64,000 nt of DNA from Oleispira sp. (GTDB lineage: Bacteria; Pseudomonadota; Gammaproteobacteria; Pseudomonadales; Oceanobacteraceae), in the NCBI GenBank assembly GCA_036960605.1, contig JBALXI010000011.1:5869-69868 (forward strand). The letters run 5' to 3'. Position 1 is the first letter of the stretch. Every line of letters begins with the position of its first letter. This document shows, piece after piece, positions 1 to 8,047 of the stretch. A program made the position numbers and the translations under genes. The notes under the pieces were generated by a model. It worked only from the letters and a program-made list of their open reading frames with translations, did no database searches and was not told the origin of the DNA.

Positions 1-726
1 TTTGTTTTGCTGCTCATAAAGCTCTGCTAATACTTCGGCATTCCTTATCCTTATCTTCTCAATCTTTTCTATTTCAGCGTTGTTTTCAGCTATCTTTCTG
101 TTTTTTACGTTGAGTCTTAGGCGGGCTTTTCTTGCGTTCTCTGTTGATTTATTTAGCTTATCAATTGCTTCTGTTGATTCTCTTATTTGCTTCTTGAGAA
201 GGTCAACGGCACCCTGATTAACTTCTAAGCGGGTAGACTTTAAGCTATCACGAACGCCGTCAATGGACATTTGGAAATCACCGGCGGCTGTTTCGCCACT
301 AGAAAAGGCGGCAATTAATGGCCCGGCAATAGCAAAACCAACACCAACAATGGCACCAATTACGGCACCACCAGGGCCAAAGGCCGAGGCAAGTTGTGGC
401 GCTTGCTGCCCGAAGGCAATCATCGCGCTAGTTCCCATAGATAACTGAACGGCCAAATCCTGAACTTGAAACGCCACTAATTGCGCGGCGTTCTTTGCTG
501 GCTTTAGACTACTAGAAAATCTATTAAAGCTGCTGCTAGCTTTTGGCAGAACCACTGTTCCTGTCTGTTTAATGGTTGTATTCATTAAGCCGACTTTATC
601 AGTAAATACAGACGTGGACTTACCAGCCTGTACACCCGCCATAGCGTACTTATCTAGATCAGTAATGCCTTTTTGAAGGCCGCCATCTTTGTACTTGAGG
701 GTTAACGAGTGAACATCTACAGTCAT
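1..726 (-). CDS. phage tail tape measure protein, N-terminal 242 codons (partial, runs off left edge)
   Basis: Absent from the ORF track because it is open at the window edge. My translation of the minus strand starts at ATG 726..724, which forms an ATGA overlap with the stop of the upstream ORF. It reads MTVDVHSLTLKYKDGGLQKGITDLDKYAMAGVQAGKSTSVFTDKVGLMNTTIKQ...AFGPGGAVIGAIVGVGFAIAGPLIAAFSSGE...LLKKQIRESTEAIDKLNKS... with no stop down to base 1. It has a Gly/Ala-rich hydrophobic segment followed by a K/E/N-rich coiled-coil-like stretch, and it sits directly after a chaperone pair, as in siphovirus tail modules. Confidence 0.8.
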   Translation of the reverse strand, partial: MTVDVHSLTLKYKDGGLQKGITDLDKYAMAGVQAGKSTSVFTDKVGLMNTTIKQTGTVVLPKASSSFNRFSSSLKPAKNAAQLVAFQVQDLAVQLSMGTSAMIAFGQQAPQLASAFGPGGAVIGAIVGVGFAIAGPLIAAFSSGETAAGDFQMSIDGVRDSLKSTRLEVNQGAVDLLKKQIRESTEAIDKLNKSTENARKARLRLNVKNRKIAENNAEIEKIEKIRIRNAEVLAELYEQQNK

Positions 727-1522
727 GGTTTGCGCCTATTTTTAGCCATAGCTCTAATTTTGTTAGCTACTTCTTTGTTCTTCTGCTCTTGCGTTCTTGT
801 ATCTTCAAAATATGGAGCAACACAAGCCACAGCGCGGCCTTTGACTACCCATACACAATAAGCATCAGACATTAATTTAATCGCACTGGCAGCGAATGGG
901 GTTAGATTTGATCCTGTTACTGATTTATAACTTTCAATTTCAGTAAACGTCAAGGGAGAAACCCCGCCACTACCTACCATTGCACAGCCACACTCATTCC
1001 ATTTTCTGCGAATTACACTGTCACACTTTGGCATATTATTTAACTGGCTATCCGCCCCAATAGAAGTAAGCCTGTTTTGTGTGGATTTTTCAGGCGTTGA
1101 ATGTAGCCAGCCTAAATGACTGGCGTACAATTCGAGTGCTTCTAGGCGTTGACTAAAAAACGCTCTCGATCCCTTAACGCTACATATACCTGATTAGCAA
1201 TCCAATCATATTGGAAGTACAAGGCCATGGCCGCATCTCTACTGTATTCGATAGCCTCTTCTTTCTCAGAGATACCACGCCAGCCAGTTGTTATAGATGC
1301 CAGAGAGAAAGCCATCTTTCTCTGTTGATCATCTGCGCTTTGATCATCTCCAGAATTAGCCGCCTTAGCATTAGTTAATAATGCCTCGCGCCACTCGCTT
1401 GAGTCTTCGCCCTTGATGCTAATGAAAGCATCTAAAGGCTTGCCGTCAACAGGGTTAAGAAGCTGTAACTCAATACCAGCTTCAGCAAACTTCTTAAAGT
1501 CGAATCCCGAAAGATCAAGCAT
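723..1522 (-). CDS. tail assembly chaperone, long form produced by programmed -1 frameshift (G-T type)
   Basis: ORF 723..1130 has only a TTG as a possible start and lies in the -1 frame relative to ORF 1142..1522. The -1 frame stays open across the slippery heptamer. Frame 0 reads ..CGT TTT TTA GTC AAC GCC TAG. Frame -1 reads ..TTT TTT AGT CAA CGC CTA GAA GCA CTC GAA TTG TAC GCC AGT CAT.. (FFSQRLEALELYASH..). Confidence 0.7.
1142..1522 (-). CDS. phage tail assembly chaperone, short form
   Basis: 126-aa acidic protein located between the major tail gene and the tape measure gene. Its last codons carry the slippery site. Its start overlaps the stop of the major tail gene at 1522. Confidence 0.75.
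   Translation of the reverse strand: MLDLSGFDFKKFAEAGIELQLLNPVDGKPLDAFISIKGEDSSEWREALLTNAKAANSGDDQSADDQQRKMAFSLASITTGWRGISEKEEAIEYSRDAAMALYFQYDWIANQVYVALRDRERFLVNA
1154..1160 (-). promoter_or_regulatory. -1 ribosomal frameshift slippery heptamer T_TTT_TTA
   Basis: Plus strand taaaaaa equals minus strand TTTTTTA. It is in X_XXY_YYZ register with frame 0 (CGT TTT TTA), three sense codons before the TAG at 1144..1142. Confidence 0.7.
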
Positions 1523-1962
1523 TATACAATCACCTCAACAATGGCGCCTGAAATTACAGCGTTAACTGAGATAGTCAGAACATTTGAAGCACTACCGATG
1601 TTAATAGGACGCGATGCAATAAAACAGGTCGTGTACTGAATATCGCCATCAGGCAAAGTTACTTCAAGAGAAACCAATGTGCGATTGTCATAGGCATCAG
1701 TTAAAAGCGTTTGACCAGCAGCACCAGAATCGCGAGCAATAACAAAGTCATAACCGCCATTGTCTTGAACACCTAAGAACTTTTCTTTGATGCCTGTTTC
1801 TACAGGTACAAATTCGAGTACTTCAGTAGTGCCACCAGGCTCACCAAAATCACCGACATTCCCAACAGGAGTCCATGATAAAGCAGCAAATCCAGCTTGG
1901 TCGTGCGTTGCTGGAGCGGCGGCTGATGCCGAAAGAGTTGTACCAGTTGAGCTATTAGCCAT
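1522..1962 (-). CDS. phage major tail (tube) protein
   Basis: 146 aa, positioned immediately upstream of the chaperone pair. The size and the Gly/Thr/Val-rich beta-type sequence fit small siphovirus and GTA-like tube proteins. Confidence 0.65.
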   Translation of the reverse strand: MANSSTGTTLSASAAAPATHDQAGFAALSWTPVGNVGDFGEPGGTTEVLEFVPVETGIKEKFLGVQDNGGYDFVIARDSGAAGQTLLTDAYDNRTLVSLEVTLPDGDIQYTTCFIASRPINIGSASNVLTISVNAVISGAIVEVIV

Positions 1963-1963
1963 T

Positions 1964-2431
1964 TTAGGCTCCTTTATTTAAGTTTTTTACTGCTTCTTTC
2001 AAGGCTTTCTCTGCCTTGGCTAAATTTATTCTTACCATTCCGCCAACCGCTTGACGCGACCAGCCTTCGAATTCTACCCGCCTAACATAAGGAAGGTTGT
2101 TTGTTAGGTACATATCAGAGCCAATTTTATGACTTCTAGCAGCTTCATTCACTCGCTTGATAGCTGCTGAGCCTTTAGTGCCTCTAGTCTTGGTCGTTTC
2201 CGTGCTTGGAGACATAACTGATGCAAACCAATTGTTTCTTAATCTACCGCCCACATAACCAGCAGGCGGCTTTGACTTCCAGAATGACGGGTCGCCCACT
2301 GGAGTGCTTAAAATTATATTCGTGCTTACTTGGATAAAGAACCCTCTTGAGGTCTTTTCTAAGTCCTGCCCCCTAAGCTCTGCATACTGCTTAGCGAATG
2401 CGCCTAATTCAGTAGCGTCAATAGTTGCCAT
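1964..2431 (-). CDS. HK97 gp10-family phage tail/connector component
   Basis: 155 aa with GGRLRNNW and YVRRVEFEGWS motifs that I associate with the HK97 gp10 family. It lies directly upstream of the major tail gene with a 1-nt gap. Confidence 0.6.
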   Translation of the reverse strand: MATIDATELGAFAKQYAELRGQDLEKTSRGFFIQVSTNIILSTPVGDPSFWKSKPPAGYVGGRLRNNWFASVMSPSTETTKTRGTKGSAAIKRVNEAARSHKIGSDMYLTNNLPYVRRVEFEGWSRQAVGGMVRINLAKAEKALKEAVKNLNKGA

Positions 2432-2543
2432 ATCAATCCGCCGCTATAATACTGTGAATTTTAACACGCCAATCAAGTCGCGTCATTGTTGCAATCAATA
2501 GCGCGTAGCCTGATAGGTACGCGCTGGTGATGTTTTATGGAGG

Positions 2544-4193
2544 CTAAACGGACGCTCTCCAACTAATAAACCTATCACCTAAAGCGGCAATATTCACTCT
2601 TATGGTTATATTTGTAGCGTCTGCTGTCACAGCAACAACATAGAAATCCTCAACAGCTAACGCGCTTACATTTGCCGAGTAGTCTGTTGGGGTGTCATAT
2701 AGTCCGTGAGGAACAACCAGCGTAGTATCTCCCAGTAGAATCTGCTGCCTTCCATCTGACTCGCTCCTTAGGGTTTCAGTGTCTGAAACATACCCAGCCA
2801 GGTTTCTAATGCTTACATTTGGCGGGCGATCAACTATATAGTCAGCTTGTTGCATTTCTGATATAGAAAGCCCACCTATAGTGCCGTGAACACCAGGGCT
2901 TAAGAATCTAACACCAGCCCCACCCCATACACCGGCTGCATTTTTACCCCTAATAATATTTGTACCAAAGCCAATCATGGTCACATCGCCTAACTGCATG
3001 GCAGTATCATTATCTCTAAATATGTTCCCATCAACAGTAGACGCAATTCTTATTTTTCTGGTATAGCTTCCAGTAAATTCTAATCCTACTGAATTTATAT
3101 CGAAGTAATTACCAATAATCCTATCGGACACTGTTGGTATTTGTATTGGATCGTATTGCGTATCGTCCCAATCAAACCGAAGTCCACTTGTGGTCGATCT
3201 GTCAAAGTGATTTCCATGCCAGATACAGCCTCCGGTAATGAGGCTCCTATTCAAGGCATTGTCTGAAAAGTAATTATCTGTGAAGCGGCTGTCTGAACTC
3301 CTGTTAAAAATACCAATATCGCAATGGCTTACTACGCATCGCGTCATGAAATTAACCCAGACGAACTGCGTAGGCATTTGTGCGAAGTCAGTTCGATGGA
3401 ACTCCACACCGGTTGAGCAGTCAGTTATCAATAGGTCTTCAAGTCTAATATTCCTTCCGAATAATTCTAAGCCTTTTGAGCCTGTAGAAGATCCACTTAT
3501 GCCAAAATCCTTAAGCGTGTATGGTTGATCTGAAGAGGTTAAGCTAGTTGATATTACTGTGATATTAGAACCTATCGAGGGTCTTAATAATGTACCTCTA
3601 GAATCCGATGGTGTTCCGGTGTTGTGACTGGTTCCTGTGCCTTCCAGCCAGTTACCTTTATTAAGAACAAGCCCAGTAACAAGCCTTCGTACACCGCCGC
3701 CCATTTTAGTTTTTAAGTTTTTACCGTCAGAAACAGAGTAATTTAAAGCCGCCTGTAATCCTATGGATGCATTGTTACTATTATTACCAATCACCCCAAA
3801 CTGACTATCAATAACACAGTCTGCACTTGTATTTAACTTTAGCTGTTTTGCTCCAGCAGACCATACCCCGTCATCAATCCCTTTCCCATCATTATCTTCA
3901 ACAACATAATCAGCGCCGACTGCTAGAATAAAGTCGATATTATTTTCTTTAATAATATCTTGCGCCTTCATTAACGTGTCATAACTTGGATTCGGTTCGA
4001 TGCCGGAAAATTCGAAGAAAGTATGCTCGCTCAATGCCGCTACAACTTGATCGTAAACGCCATTGCTTTTAATAGAACCGCCGCCGTAAGTGATCAATAC
4101 TTTTGCATCACTAGGAATTTGCTTACTTAACGATTTAATTTGACCTTCGCCAAAGTGAATTTGAGTTGTATTTTGAAAACTGAAATTTTTCAT
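2544..4193 (-). CDS. chimeric ORF: yqhD-like alcohol dehydrogenase N-terminus (93 aa) fused in frame to a parallel beta-helix (tailspike / pectate-lyase-fold-like) protein
   Basis: Starts at ATG 4193, preceded by GAGATA. The 27-codon extension in the ORF track is intergenic read-through. Residues 1-93 are colinear with E. coli YqhD up to LAVG. Residues 94-549 carry repeated PbH1-like motifs (DNYFSDN, GNHFDRS, GNYFDINS, GNIFRDND, NIIRGKN). Confidence 0.75.
   Translation of the reverse strand: MKNFSFQNTTQIHFGEGQIKSLSKQIPSDAKVLITYGGGSIKSNGVYDQVVAALSEHTFFEFSGIEPNPSYDTLMKAQDIIKENNIDFILAVGADYVVEDNDGKGIDDGVWSAGAKQLKLNTSADCVIDSQFGVIGNNSNNASIGLQAALNYSVSDGKNLKTKMGGGVRRLVTGLVLNKGNWLEGTGTSHNTGTPSDSRGTLLRPSIGSNITVISTSLTSSDQPYTLKDFGISGSSTGSKGLELFGRNIRLEDLLITDCSTGVEFHRTDFAQMPTQFVWVNFMTRCVVSHCDIGIFNRSSDSRFTDNYFSDNALNRSLITGGCIWHGNHFDRSTTSGLRFDWDDTQYDPIQIPTVSDRIIGNYFDINSVGLEFTGSYTRKIRIASTVDGNIFRDNDTAMQLGDVTMIGFGTNIIRGKNAAGVWGGAGVRFLSPGVHGTIGGLSISEMQQADYIVDRPPNVSIRNLAGYVSDTETLRSESDGRQQILLGDTTLVVPHGLYDTPTDYSANVSALAVEDFYVVAVTADATNITIRVNIAALGDRFISWRASV
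3915..4193 (-). pseudogene. yqhD: 5' fragment of an iron-type (group III) NADPH alcohol dehydrogenase, yqhD-like, truncated after codon 93
   Basis: The sequence MKNFSFQNTTQIHFGEGQIKSLSKQIPSDAKVLITYGGGSIKSNGVYDQVVAALSEHTFFEFSGIEPNPSYDTLMKAQDIIKENNIDFILAVG matches E. coli YqhD MNNFNLHTPTRILFGKGAIAGLREQIPHDARVLITYGGGSVKKTGVLDQV...EFGGIEPNPAYETLM...FLLAVGGGS. Roughly 290 C-terminal residues are missing. Confidence 0.8.
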
Positions 4194-4234
4194 GTGTATC
4201 TCGAATATTTTAAAATGAAGATCAAATATAAAAA

Positions 4235-4261
4235 CGGACGACTGTTTAACTATGCCGTCCG
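4235..4261 (-). terminator. weak hairpin plus T-tract between the DJ-1-family gene and the ADH fragment (attenuator or partial terminator)
   Basis: Minus strand reads CGGACG-15 nt-CGTCCG followed by TTTTTATATTT. Confidence 0.35.
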
Positions 4262-4300
4262 CCAACAAAAACACTTTATAAGGACATAAAGATTTTTAAA

Positions 4301-4999
4301 TTAGCCTGCAAGATGCGCTACTAATTTTTCGGCTGCTAATTCTGAACTTTGTGGATTTTGACCACTGATTAATAGACCATCTTGAATAGCAAACGCATTC
4401 CAATCAGCAACTTTTTGGTAATCACCGCCACGCTTAATCAATTCATCTTCTAATAAGAAAGGAACGATGTCCGTTAGCTGCACGGCGTCTTCTTCGCTAT
4501 TAGTGAAACCTGTTACACCCTTGCCTTTAACTACATACTCACCCGCAGCATCTTTAACATTCAAGAAGGCTGCTGTTGCATGACATACCGCAGCAACTGG
4601 CTTATTGGCGGCCAAGAAGTTTTCAATCAAAGATATTGAATCGGCATTATCGGTTAGATCCCATAGTGGACCGTGACCACCTGGGTAGAAAACAGCGTCA
4701 TAATCTTCGGCATTTACACTGGCTAAAACGGCAGTATTTGCCATTAATGCTTGTACTTCACTATCAGCGTCATAACGCTTAGTTGATGGCGTTTGAAAAT
4801 CTTCTAATTCACTTTTAGGATCAATGGGAGGCTGGCCACCCGCCGGTGAAGCCAAGCTCACGTTTATACCCGCTTCGATGAAGGCGTAGTAAGGGGCTGC
4901 AAATTCTTCTACCCAGAAACCCGTCTTTTCACCCGTATTGCCTAGCTCAGAATGTGAAGTTAAAACCATTAATACGTTGTTAGTTGTTGATGTAGTCAT
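4301..4999 (-). CDS. DJ-1/PfpI-family (type 1 glutamine amidotransferase-like) protein, probable glyoxalase/deglycase
   Basis: 232 aa. It has the nucleophile elbow AAVCHA, PGGHG, and a ThiJ/DJ-1-like layout. Confidence 0.8.
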   Translation of the reverse strand: MTTSTTNNVLMVLTSHSELGNTGEKTGFWVEEFAAPYYAFIEAGINVSLASPAGGQPPIDPKSELEDFQTPSTKRYDADSEVQALMANTAVLASVNAEDYDAVFYPGGHGPLWDLTDNADSISLIENFLAANKPVAAVCHATAAFLNVKDAAGEYVVKGKGVTGFTNSEEDAVQLTDIVPFLLEDELIKRGGDYQKVADWNAFAIQDGLLISGQNPQSSELAAEKLVAHLAG

Positions 5000-5185
5000 T
5001 GTTTGTATCTCTTGTTAATTCAACGAGGGTTAGCTGCAACCTGGGGTTAATGTAAGTAGTCTTAATCGACTGTGGAATCAGTATAGTTATCATCACCCCA
5101 TCTAACAATATGGAGAAAATAGACTTCTTTGGTCAAATTATTGATACAATAAACTCGAAATATCTTATATTGATCGAGAGTTTTG

Positions 5186-6118
5186 ATGAACGTATCCTTT
5201 GAACAGTTAAAGAGTATGGTGGTTTTTGCGCAAGTGGTTGAGCAAGGTAACCTCACCGCCGCCGCTAAGCACATCGGTTTGTCGCGCGCAGTGGTGAGTT
5301 ACCACATTAAGAAACTTGAAACTCAGCTCGGGGTAAAATTACTGAATCGCTCGACTCGCTCAATCGCATTAACAGAAGCAGGTGCTGAGTACTACCAATC
5401 TTGCCGGATTATTGCCGAACAAGCCGCAACCGCTAATCAGCAGATAGAGAACCTGAAAAACGAACCCGAGGGTTTACTAAAAATCACCTGCCCGGTTAAT
5501 GTTGGCTTACAGATGGTTGTTCCTGCCTTAAATGAGTTCCGCCGCCTGTACCCCAAAATTGAACTCGATGTAATGCTGACCGATGAAGTGGTGAACATTA
5601 TTCAAGAAGGCATAGACCTCGCCATTCGAGGCGCGCCACTACCTGACTCGGGTCTGCAAGCAAGTAAACTGTCCACCTTACAAACCTGCTTATGCGGCTC
5701 GCCTGACTATTTTAAAAGACGCGGCCGCCCCTCTGACCCTACGGATTTAGAACAACACGATTGGGTTATTTACAAACTCACATCTGGGGCTATTGAGTTG
5801 AAAAAAGGCAGCCGGTCTTACAGTATCGCTGTTAAAGGTAATATCAGTACTAATAACGCTGCCGCGCGTACGGCTTTTCTAGAAGGTGGACATGGCTTAG
5901 GGCGAATCCCTGTTTATGATGCTTGGCCTAAAATCCAAGCAGGGACGCTAGAATCTGTGTTGGACGACTATCAATTAAAAGACATCGATATTTATGGCGT
6001 ATTCCCTCCGGGCAGTGCAGCTTCGAAGAAATTACGTTTATTGATTGATTATTTAAAAGAGTATTTTATTAAAGTTGATAACCAAACGCAGAATAAAATT
6101 TTGAAAGAAAGACGCTGA
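5186..6118 (+). CDS. LysR-family transcriptional regulator
   Basis: N-terminal HTH (FAQVVEQGNLTAAAKHIGLSRAVVSYHIKKLE) plus a LysR substrate-binding domain. It is divergent from the DJ-1/ADH unit. ATG 5186 is preferred over TTG 5183 because GAGAG lies upstream. Confidence 0.9.
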   Translation: MNVSFEQLKSMVVFAQVVEQGNLTAAAKHIGLSRAVVSYHIKKLETQLGVKLLNRSTRSIALTEAGAEYYQSCRIIAEQAATANQQIENLKNEPEGLLKITCPVNVGLQMVVPALNEFRRLYPKIELDVMLTDEVVNIIQEGIDLAIRGAPLPDSGLQASKLSTLQTCLCGSPDYFKRRGRPSDPTDLEQHDWVIYKLTSGAIELKKGSRSYSIAVKGNISTNNAAARTAFLEGGHGLGRIPVYDAWPKIQAGTLESVLDDYQLKDIDIYGVFPPGSAASKKLRLLIDYLKEYFIKVDNQTQNKILKERR

Positions 6119-6145
6119 GATTACCGGTTGCGTTAATTCTAAAGC

Positions 6146-7045
6146 TCAAACCTGAGCTTTAGAAAAATAATGCGAGATTAGCTGATAAAAACGCGTCACG
6201 TATTGCGGCTTCTCTGCCTGAAATGCATGCATAAAATAAAATGGCCAGCGCGCACCGTGCTGATCTGGCAAAATACGAATGAGGCTTTTGTCTAATAAGG
6301 AAGGGCTCGCACTAATATCCGGTAAGAGCACTATGCCTAAGTCCTGCTTTGCGAGTTCTATCGCACAAGGCAAGGTATTAACTTGAGAAAAACTCTTTAA
6401 ATTAACGAAGGTCTCTGCCCCCTGAGAGTCCTTCAACTTTTGCTTATTCTTTTGCCATTGGGTCGCGACCCAACGTTGCCGACTTAAGTCTTGCACGCTA
6501 TTCACAGGGCCATTTTTCTGAATGTAGTTAGCACTCGCACACCAAATTTCTGTCATGGTACCTATCGGTAAGGCGCGATAGTTACTGTCTTTTAATTCAC
6601 CTGCATAAATTGCCACATCTAACTTATCTTTTACCAAATCCATTTTCTCGTCACTGACAATGATGCGCGGCTCTAGGCCAGGGTATTCTTGGCACAACTG
6701 TGTAATAGCGGGAATGGCAATGTCTGCTTGGATCGCGTGGGGGAACGTAACCGAGAAGCTGCCTTTGACTTCCTGCTCGGCATTACTCAACTCGACTAAC
6801 GCAAGATCAACCTGATCTTGTAATAATTCGCAGCGTTTCAAGAGCTTTTTACCCATGGCCGTTAAGGCTAAGCCCCGGGTATTACGGGTCATTAATTGAT
6901 GACCCAAGCTATCTTCTAAGCGGCTGATCTGCTGGCTAACCGCAGACTTGCTCATTTTTAACTTAATCGCCGCCTGTGTAAAAGAAGCTTGCTTAGCCAC
7001 TTCGGCAAAGATTAATAGAGACGGCAGTAATTTAACTTTATTCAT
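6146..7045 (-). CDS. LysR-family transcriptional regulator
   Basis: HTH FAEVAKQASFTQAAIKLKMSKSAVSQQISRLE. Start taken at ATG 7045 (MNKVKLL), not at the upstream in-frame ATG. Confidence 0.9.
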   Translation of the reverse strand: MNKVKLLPSLLIFAEVAKQASFTQAAIKLKMSKSAVSQQISRLEDSLGHQLMTRNTRGLALTAMGKKLLKRCELLQDQVDLALVELSNAEQEVKGSFSVTFPHAIQADIAIPAITQLCQEYPGLEPRIIVSDEKMDLVKDKLDVAIYAGELKDSNYRALPIGTMTEIWCASANYIQKNGPVNSVQDLSRQRWVATQWQKNKQKLKDSQGAETFVNLKSFSQVNTLPCAIELAKQDLGIVLLPDISASPSLLDKSLIRILPDQHGARWPFYFMHAFQAEKPQYVTRFYQLISHYFSKAQV

Positions 7046-7063
7046 AACGCTACAATTCCAAGA

Positions 7064-7079
7064 GTTCATTTAAATGAAC
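7064..7079. promoter_or_regulatory. perfect 16-bp palindrome GTTCATTTAAATGAAC, candidate LysR-type operator
   Basis: Lies in the divergent region between LysR 6146..7045 and the DUF1330 gene. It contains a T-N11-A core. Confidence 0.45.
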
Positions 7080-7171
7080 AGTGAATTCATTTATTGAATA
7101 TTGTTCAAATTATTGTCTTTGGCTATGCTGAGGTCAAGTCAATAAAGACGAGTTAAATACGAGGAAATACC

Positions 7172-7474
7172 ATGACTGCTTACATCGTTGTCGACCTAAC
7201 CCCAATCAATGCTGAAAAGATGCAAGAATATGGAGCTGCCGCCGCTGTAACGGTCGCTGAGCATGGTGGAGAATTTGTAGTGAAAGGTCCTATTTCAGTC
7301 CTTAATCCAGACGAAAAGACGAGTATGGACCCAGCCGATCAGTATGCTACCAAGGTTATCATTCAGTTTCCTGACCATGATACAGCCCTAGCTTGGTATA
7401 ACTCTGATGCTTACCAAGCCATCATCCCTACCCGTAAACTGGCCATGAAAAGCCAGTTTCACATAATAGGCTAA
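7172..7474 (+). CDS. DUF1330 domain protein
   Basis: 100 aa. The overall pattern (IVVDLTPIN..EYG..A....HGGEF.V.G....L........I.FPD...A..WY.S..YQ) matches my memory of DUF1330. Confidence 0.65.
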   Translation: MTAYIVVDLTPINAEKMQEYGAAAAVTVAEHGGEFVVKGPISVLNPDEKTSMDPADQYATKVIIQFPDHDTALAWYNSDAYQAIIPTRKLAMKSQFHIIG

Positions 7475-7539
7475 CGCTTAGATCAATGAGCAGTGGTGGG
7501 TTAAACAAGGCACATACGCTACAATAGCTTTCTAATATT

Positions 7540-7971
7540 ATGAGTTATTTTATTGTGCTTTTTATCTCACACTCTGTTTCTATTCCAAGTGATCAGCTGG
7601 AACTGACTGCCATGCGCTCTCAAGGTGCTGGCGGCCAAAATGTGAACAAGGTATCCAGCGCTATTCATTTACGTTTTGATATTAAGGCGTCGACACTACC
7701 CGAGTTTTATAAAGAACGGCTATTAGCCTTAAGTGATCACCGTATTACTAAAGACGGCCTGATCATTATTAAATCTCAAGAGCATCGAAGCCAAGAGCTA
7801 AACCGACAAGCCGCTTTAGATCGTTTAGTCGCGCTGATTAAATCGGCAACGATTACTCAAAAAACTCGCCGCCCCACCAAGCCAAGTCGCTCTTCTCAGA
7901 ATAAGCGCATGGATAAGAAAACCAAACACAGCAAGACCAAGTCTATGCGCGGCAAGGTGAGCCACGACTAA
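7540..7971 (+). CDS. arfB: alternative ribosome-rescue factor ArfB (peptidyl-tRNA hydrolase, GGQ)
   Basis: [23 protein letters not shown] plus a basic C-terminal tail, colinear with E. coli ArfB/YaeJ. The alignment suggests the true start may be GTG 7555 ([11 protein letters not shown] versus MIVISRHVAIP). Confidence 0.9.
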   Translation: MSYFIVLFISHSVSIPSDQLELTAMRSQGAGGQNVNKVSSAIHLRFDIKASTLPEFYKERLLALSDHRITKDGLIIIKSQEHRSQELNRQAALDRLVALIKSATITQKTRRPTKPSRSSQNKRMDKKTKHSKTKSMRGKVSHD

Positions 7972-8047
7972 AATTACAATCTTTTACGGAAAGATAAGAA
8001 GTTATTGTTTAAAATACAATTAATTTACATCTGCCTGAGCACAATCT

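Noticed and set aside
263-448. 61-aa plus-strand ORF rich in Ala/Pro/Gly
   Set aside because: It lies antisense to the Gly/Ala-rich hydrophobic segment of the tape measure gene, which is open on the minus strand from 726 to base 1. It is a shadow ORF.
3985-4005. GGTTCGATGCC, a tRNA T-arm-like string that might have marked a tRNA-type att site near the phage junction
   Set aside because: It is antisense to the IEPNP-coding segment of the ADH fragment (IEPNP is conserved in YqhD). No acceptor or anticodon stems can be built around it.
4194-4274. 27-codon N-terminal extension of the 576-aa ORF (MFLLADGIVKQSS...)
   Set aside because: The homologous YqhD N-terminus begins exactly at ATG 4193. 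The extension spans an intergenic hairpin and T-tract.
5062-5274. 70-aa minus-strand ORF in the DJ-1/LysR divergent region
   Set aside because: It overlaps the LysR start and the promoter region, has no RBS and no recognisable similarity, and the region is AT-rich.
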